A stretch of DNA of 40,423 nucleotides from positions 1,240,001-1,280,423 of the forward strand of contig NW_027191454.1 of NCBI RefSeq assembly GCF_011745625.1. Direction: 5' to 3'. The notes under the pieces were generated by a model that saw only the letters and a program-made list of their open reading frames with translations, searched no databases and was not told the origin of the DNA. The position numbers and the translations under genes are program-made. This document shows positions 35,954 through 40,423 of the stretch, in pieces (positions within the stretch are counted from its first letter, which is position 1; every line of letters starts with the position of its first letter). This stretch comes from Cladosporium halotolerans. Lineage: Eukaryota.

Positions 35954-36790
35954 CTACCACGAGATGTAAGGTCCGGCGGTGCCGGCAAGCCATTCGACGT
36001 GGTCAGCATCACCGACGCCCACCAATTCAGCGCCGTAAGTCTCGCCAGCTGGGCAAGGGAAACCCTGGCCGAGAACGAGAGCTCCAGATGACCAAATGGC
36101 GGCTCCGCGGGGTTTAGCGGCCATGCGGCCGATGTATTGGTCCCTGAGATTGCCAGACGGCCATTCGGTGGAGCTCTGAGTAGCGGGGGCGAGAGACATA
36201 TAGACGTCAAACTCGCCACTACCAGAGACTTTGGCAGCCGGGTCGGATGAGAGGTCGAAGTGAAAGGTGCAGGTCTTGTCTTTGGACTCTTGCGGAAAGT
36301 TGAAAGTCAGGAGCGTGGTGACATCGGTGGTTCGGCCATCTTTGAAGATCTTGCCCTTCTTTTCATCTCGGCGCACAGCTCCAGTCCAGACATCGTACTG
36401 GGAGGTAACACATGGCTTGATAGTGTTGTCTTGAGACTTGGGAGGGTCGACCGGGCCAGGAGTCTGGACTTTCTCGGGGTTCGAAGGCCGTTCAGGATCC
36501 GAGCAAGAAGATGAAGTGCAGGGCTTTTTGCAGGCGGGTGCATTGGGAGTCTCTGGAGGATCGACCGAAGGGCAGGAGCCTGTGCATTGGCAAGGCTCTG
36601 GCGCAGGAGCTGTGCAAGAGGTGGAATCGCCGCAAGCGATGGGCTCCGGAACGGTGCAGGAAGTAGAAGTAGCAGAGGCGGGTGCGATCGCCGTACTTGT
36701 GATGTTGGCAGTCGCAGGGATGAAAGCCGCAGGCAAGGCGGAGGTAAAGCCGATGATGGCGAGTGCGACGGCGGAGGTAGAGATCTGCAT
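35954..36790 (-). CDS. Secreted protein: Pro/Cys-rich linker plus C-terminal beta-rich domain (But2 C-terminal-like)
   Basis: Signal peptide MQISTSAVALAIIGFTSA, Cys/Pro repeats, and a TTLLTFNFP..KTCTFHF segment. The domain name is tentative. Confidence 0.6.
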   Translation of the reverse strand: MQISTSAVALAIIGFTSALPAAFIPATANITSTAIAPASATSTSCTVPEPIACGDSTSCTAPAPEPCQCTGSCPSVDPPETPNAPACKKPCTSSSCSDPERPSNPEKVQTPGPVDPPKSQDNTIKPCVTSQYDVWTGAVRRDEKKGKIFKDGRTTDVTTLLTFNFPQESKDKTCTFHFDLSSDPAAKVSGSGEFDVYMSLAPATQSSTEWPSGNLRDQYIGRMAAKPRGAAIWSSGALVLGQGFPCPAGETYGAELVGVGDADHVEWLAGTAGPYISW

Positions 36791-38079
36791 ATCGAGAGCC
36801 GGAAAAGTGACGAAGATCAAATTGTCAAGATCGAGAAGTTGGAGAAAGGTGCAAATTGGTGAAGGTTGGTTGAGCTTATAGTAGGCAAAGCTGGGAGATG
36901 AGATGAGATATGAGTGAGTTTTGATTGAGAATGGAGATATAGAGAGGTCAAATGGCAGGCAATACTTATACATCATTTACAAGCGAAGGTTGGACAGAAC
37001 ACGGCTGAGATACAACGCCACGAGATCGTAAATAGCAGAAGGAACCAGCGGTAGAGAGGGCGGAGGAAACGGACACAGCCACAGAGAGTAGACAGGCGCA
37101 GGCGTGCGGGGAGCTACAGAAGAGAGCAGCTTCATGGCGTGTTATTATTGGAGAGGTGTAGGTTCCGGGAGTGGGCTGATGCAAGTCACCAAAGTCCTAG
37201 ATATAGCGGGGTGCCAAGAGCGGGGGGAAGGTTTGGTTCACATTGGTGAATCTTAAAGCTCGACAACGATAGTTCGCCAACGATTTACGCGATCATTCGT
37301 ATGCTAGGCCCTGAGAGGTTCTTTCGTCTGTCTCTGGTAGGTACCGTCGGCGTCAGACTGCGAGGAGCGTATCGTGCCGGTGAGGAGACTGCCCGGAGGA
37401 CACCATCCTCACTCGTTGGTCAAACCATTTGACGTGCTACTACCATCTCCGCTTGACAGCGAGGAACAGCTTTGCCTAGCGGGAAAAAATTGTACCCTGA
37501 GACTGCACCGTCTCCTTCGCGAAAGTCGGCAACATGCTGCTACAACCTGCGTCAGGCTAGCGTGGAAACTCTTTGGCAGGAAGTGCATTTCCTGTCCATG
37601 CGAACAAGCGTCTAAGCAAGACGTGTGAGCGTCGTATCTAGATGCCTTACACTCCAGTAATCAGTTCACAGGAGAAGACTGCTGTTTTTGTCGGAAGATC
37701 GTGGCTGAGAGACACGCTGGAGCTTGTCGGAAGGAATGCGTCGTGTCGCCCTGTACCAGCATGTGCGGAGGTCTGCGTAGCTGCCAGCACGCGCAGCACT
37801 CCGCCTCCCGCGCCTCACGAGAGACGGGGCTTGGTGGGCGGCAGCCCGCCATGTTTTACGTCAGGCCACGGCTGGCGCTGCTGCTGCTGCTTGGCGATGA
37901 GCGTTTCGCGCGCGCAGGCGTGAGATGTCGGTAGGGCTGAGCTCCTGTGATACCACCGCAGGAGTTTCCCAAACACGTCGCCAAACGCAGCTCGCTTCCT
38001 CCTCGCCCGACTTGTCGCAGATTCGCGCCGCTGCCACCCTGGTCGCTCGCCCCCGCGCATCGGCCTCTGCTTGCCGATC

Positions 38080-39477
38080 ATGAAGTCGCCGATTCCCGAC
38101 TACCTCCAGCATGTCCTCGACAAGGCCCGCGACAACGAAGCCGGCGCACCTGCAGCGTACATCGATGTCCTGGCCAGGGCTGACACCTCCAAGCTGGCCG
38201 TAGCCTTGGCCATGGTCGACGGCAATCTCTACTCTGCTGGCGACGACCAGGTCGAGTTCTCCATCCAATCCATCTCCAAAGCCTTCGTCTACGCCTTAGC
38301 CATTGAAGATGCCGGCTTGCCGCGCGTGCTCGAGAAAATCGGCGTGGAGCCCTCTGGCGACAGGTTCAACCAGCTTTCTCTCGAGCGCGGCACCAACCGG
38401 CCCATGAACCCCATGATTAACGCTGGTGCCATTACCGCTCACTCACTTGTCGTGGCGCCCAATGCCACTGCCGAAGCCAGAACGGAGCGTATCTTGAAAT
38501 CGCTTTCCAGGCTTGCGGGCCGCCAGCTGCACGTAGACGAAGAAGTTTACGAAGCCGAGCTCAAAGACGCTGACCGCAACATGGGTATCGGCCACATGCT
38601 CAAGGCCGCCGGCATCATCACTTGCGACCCACGCGAAGCCGTCAAAGGCTATATCCGTCAGTGCGCCATCAATGTCAATGTGAAAGATCTCGCCATGATG
38701 TCCGCCACTCTCTGCAACGCAGGCGTGCACCCTTTCAGCGGCGAGCAGATCATCCCGCACGCCAGTGTCCGACAAGTCCTGTCTGTGATGACCACATGTG
38801 GCATGTACGACGCTGCCGGTGACTGGGTGTCGAACGTCGGCATACCGGCAAAGAGCGGCGTTGCGGGCGGCATCATTGGCACTCTGCCCGGCCAGGTCGG
38901 CATTGCGGCCTTCTCGCCCAAACTTGACGAGCGAGGCAACAGTGTCCGCGGCGTTGCTATCTGCGAACAGCTCTCGCGCGACATGGGCCTGCACATGATG
39001 GATGTCAGTCAAATTGCCCGCGCCACCGTCCAGACCTCCGTCGCTACTCTGGTGGCTGGCGAGCACGAACCACACAACCCAAATTGCCAGCGCGAAGTCC
39101 TTGTGTTCAAATTGCGAGGCGCCGTGCGCTTTGCTGGCTCCGAGAGACTAACACGAGCACTCACCCGCGAGCTTGGACAGCCGGATCCCAAAGTTCCAGG
39201 CTCGGGAGCCCACTCCCAGGCTTGTGCTATCGTGCTGTCGTTCCGCGAGGTCTACTCTCTCAATTTCATAGCGCGTCGCCTTGTTCATGAGGACATAGAG
39301 CGTTTGCTGGCGGAGGGAAGAATTCTGGTGGTTATTGATCCCTCGGAAGTCTTACATTGGGATGCTGAGAAGGCGAAGACGGGGAAACATCCCAAGGTTG
39401 TTGAGAACGAGACAGAGGCAAGGGACTATATTGGCGGGATCGGGTGTCAGGCCGTATCGAGAGACCAGGGTTGGTGA
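38080..39477 (+). CDS. Glutaminase (serine beta-lactamase-like family, Micrococcus-type) with C-terminal STAS-like domain
   Basis: FSIQSISK (S-x-x-K), GVEPSG, NPMINAGAI, CGMYD, PAKSGVAGG, SPKLDERGNSVRG; C-terminal LRGAVRFAGSE. Intronless. Confidence 0.93.
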   Translation: MKSPIPDYLQHVLDKARDNEAGAPAAYIDVLARADTSKLAVALAMVDGNLYSAGDDQVEFSIQSISKAFVYALAIEDAGLPRVLEKIGVEPSGDRFNQLSLERGTNRPMNPMINAGAITAHSLVVAPNATAEARTERILKSLSRLAGRQLHVDEEVYEAELKDADRNMGIGHMLKAAGIITCDPREAVKGYIRQCAINVNVKDLAMMSATLCNAGVHPFSGEQIIPHASVRQVLSVMTTCGMYDAAGDWVSNVGIPAKSGVAGGIIGTLPGQVGIAAFSPKLDERGNSVRGVAICEQLSRDMGLHMMDVSQIARATVQTSVATLVAGEHEPHNPNCQREVLVFKLRGAVRFAGSERLTRALTRELGQPDPKVPGSGAHSQACAIVLSFREVYSLNFIARRLVHEDIERLLAEGRILVVIDPSEVLHWDAEKAKTGKHPKVVENETEARDYIGGIGCQAVSRDQGW

Positions 39478-39961
39478 TCGCAAGATGAACCAGTTCTGAC
39501 GGTATGACAATCGATAGACGGCTATGTTAGGACCTTATCTGCATTTGAGCGAAAACAAAATCTCTCCTGCCCTGGGCCGCTCACAGACCGACCACCCACT
39601 CTCTCGCTCTGAGGCCCCTCTATGAACGAAATTTGGGTTGCTTGATCCACCAGTCATTCGGAAATCTGTAGCATAATCTCTCTGGTGACTCTCATCTCAA
39701 ATCCTGTAGGAGACGGTAGTAGTTCGAGCTCAATTCGCATTACGGAGAGGCTACTTCGACGCCGGTAATAGAAGCTTTCCCGATGTGAACAAACATGGTG
39801 CCGTACTATCATCCCTCCTAGACTTTCCCAAAGGTGACTTTTGTTGAGGATCTACTAGCTGGCAGGCCGCAAACGTTCGGATAAGTGGTGGATGAGATGC
39901 GAGTTAAGGTCTGAATTCTACTAATAAAATCCATGGCTCTGACACAGAAGCAGGGTGTTCA

Positions 39962-40065
39962 TCAGACAGACAGACAAGATTTTCGGGAGTGTCTGGTCTG
40001 CTTACCTAAGGAGCGGTGGCTTGTCTGTCTGTCTGAGAAATGGCAATGATTTGTCTGTCTGTCTG
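39962..40065. repeat. Inverted and direct repeats of a (GACA)3-containing unit
   Basis: TCAGACAGACAGACAAG (39962-39978) is the exact reverse complement of 40020-40036. A third copy, TTGTCTGTCTGTCTG, lies at 40051-40065. Confidence 0.85.
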
Positions 40066-40169
40066 CATCATCTGCCAAGACATTTATCATTCTTGGCACG
40101 AACGATAAGCACTGTCGTACGAACGAGAGAATGTGCTCACATGGTACAGTACCAAAGTGTCTATTTACT

Positions 40170-40421
40170 TCAGATTATGTCCTCGTCGTACCAGCTGCGC
40201 AGAAGTTGCTGCGCCTCCGCGAGCTTGTACAGAGTCCGTGGCCTATCATTCCCGACCGAGTTTCCAGCAATGGAGAAGGTTCGTTCGTTTGCTGACGCAC
40301 TGGCCGGAATCGCGAAGAGTTCGAAGGCTAGGTGTCGCAAGAGCGGGAACCTGGTATGATTTTGACGCCACCATTCCAGTGGTGAAGGCGAGTAGAGCCC
40401 TGGAGTCCGCTCTTCTCGCTT
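40170..40421 (-). CDS. hAT transposase C-terminus (partial; Dimer_Tnp_hAT domain)
   Basis: Manual translation gives ..SPLEWWRQNHTRFPLLRHLAFELFAIPASASANERTFSIAGNSVGNDRPRT..LLRSWYDEDII*. It is not in the supplied ORF track. Confidence 0.88.
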   Translation of the reverse strand, partial: KREERTPGLYSPSPLEWWRQNHTRFPLLRHLAFELFAIPASASANERTFSIAGNSVGNDRPRTLYKLAEAQQLLRSWYDEDII

Positions 40422-40423
40422 GT

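Larger units (their letters stand above)
39951..40423 (-). mobile_element. 3' end of a hAT-superfamily DNA transposon (runs off the window)
   Basis: The hAT dimerisation-domain coding sequence is followed by subterminal (GACA)n repeats and a candidate terminus CAGGGTGTTCATCAGAC at 39951. Confidence 0.75.

Noticed and set aside
39955..40359. 134-aa plus-strand ORF at the window end
   Set aside because: It is antisense to the hAT transposase tail and spans the subterminal repeats.

Overview
This is eukaryotic DNA from a filamentous ascomycete, with short GT-AG introns and CTRAC/CTAAC branch sites; a Dothideomycete is likely, but that is inference. About 18 protein genes can be supported. The left ~20 kb is mostly housekeeping: PAP2 lipid phosphatase, HAD glycerol-phosphatase-like protein, NYN/OST-HTH protein, Delta24-sterol-reductase-like FAD oxidase, stomatin-like protein, DUF3824-type protein, SDR, GCV1, VMA5 and dipeptidyl peptidase III. 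The right ~20 kb looks accessory and surface/nutrient related: a GPI-type Ser-rich protein, a yeast CLE-type cutinase, an STL1-like sugar porter, a stand-alone ML-like (TRP_N) protein, a PTH11-like membrane protein, an APC amino-acid permease, a DUF3431 pseudogene, a secreted But2-like protein and an intronless actinobacterial-type glutaminase. The window ends inside a hAT DNA transposon that the ORF track missed. I saw no tRNA, rRNA or CRISPR. Family calls come from recalled motifs, not database searches, and exon boundaries were read by hand. No clearly novel multi-gene system is demonstrated. The best leads are the hAT end, the glutaminase, the CLE-type cutinase, the orphan ML-like domain and the NYN protein.
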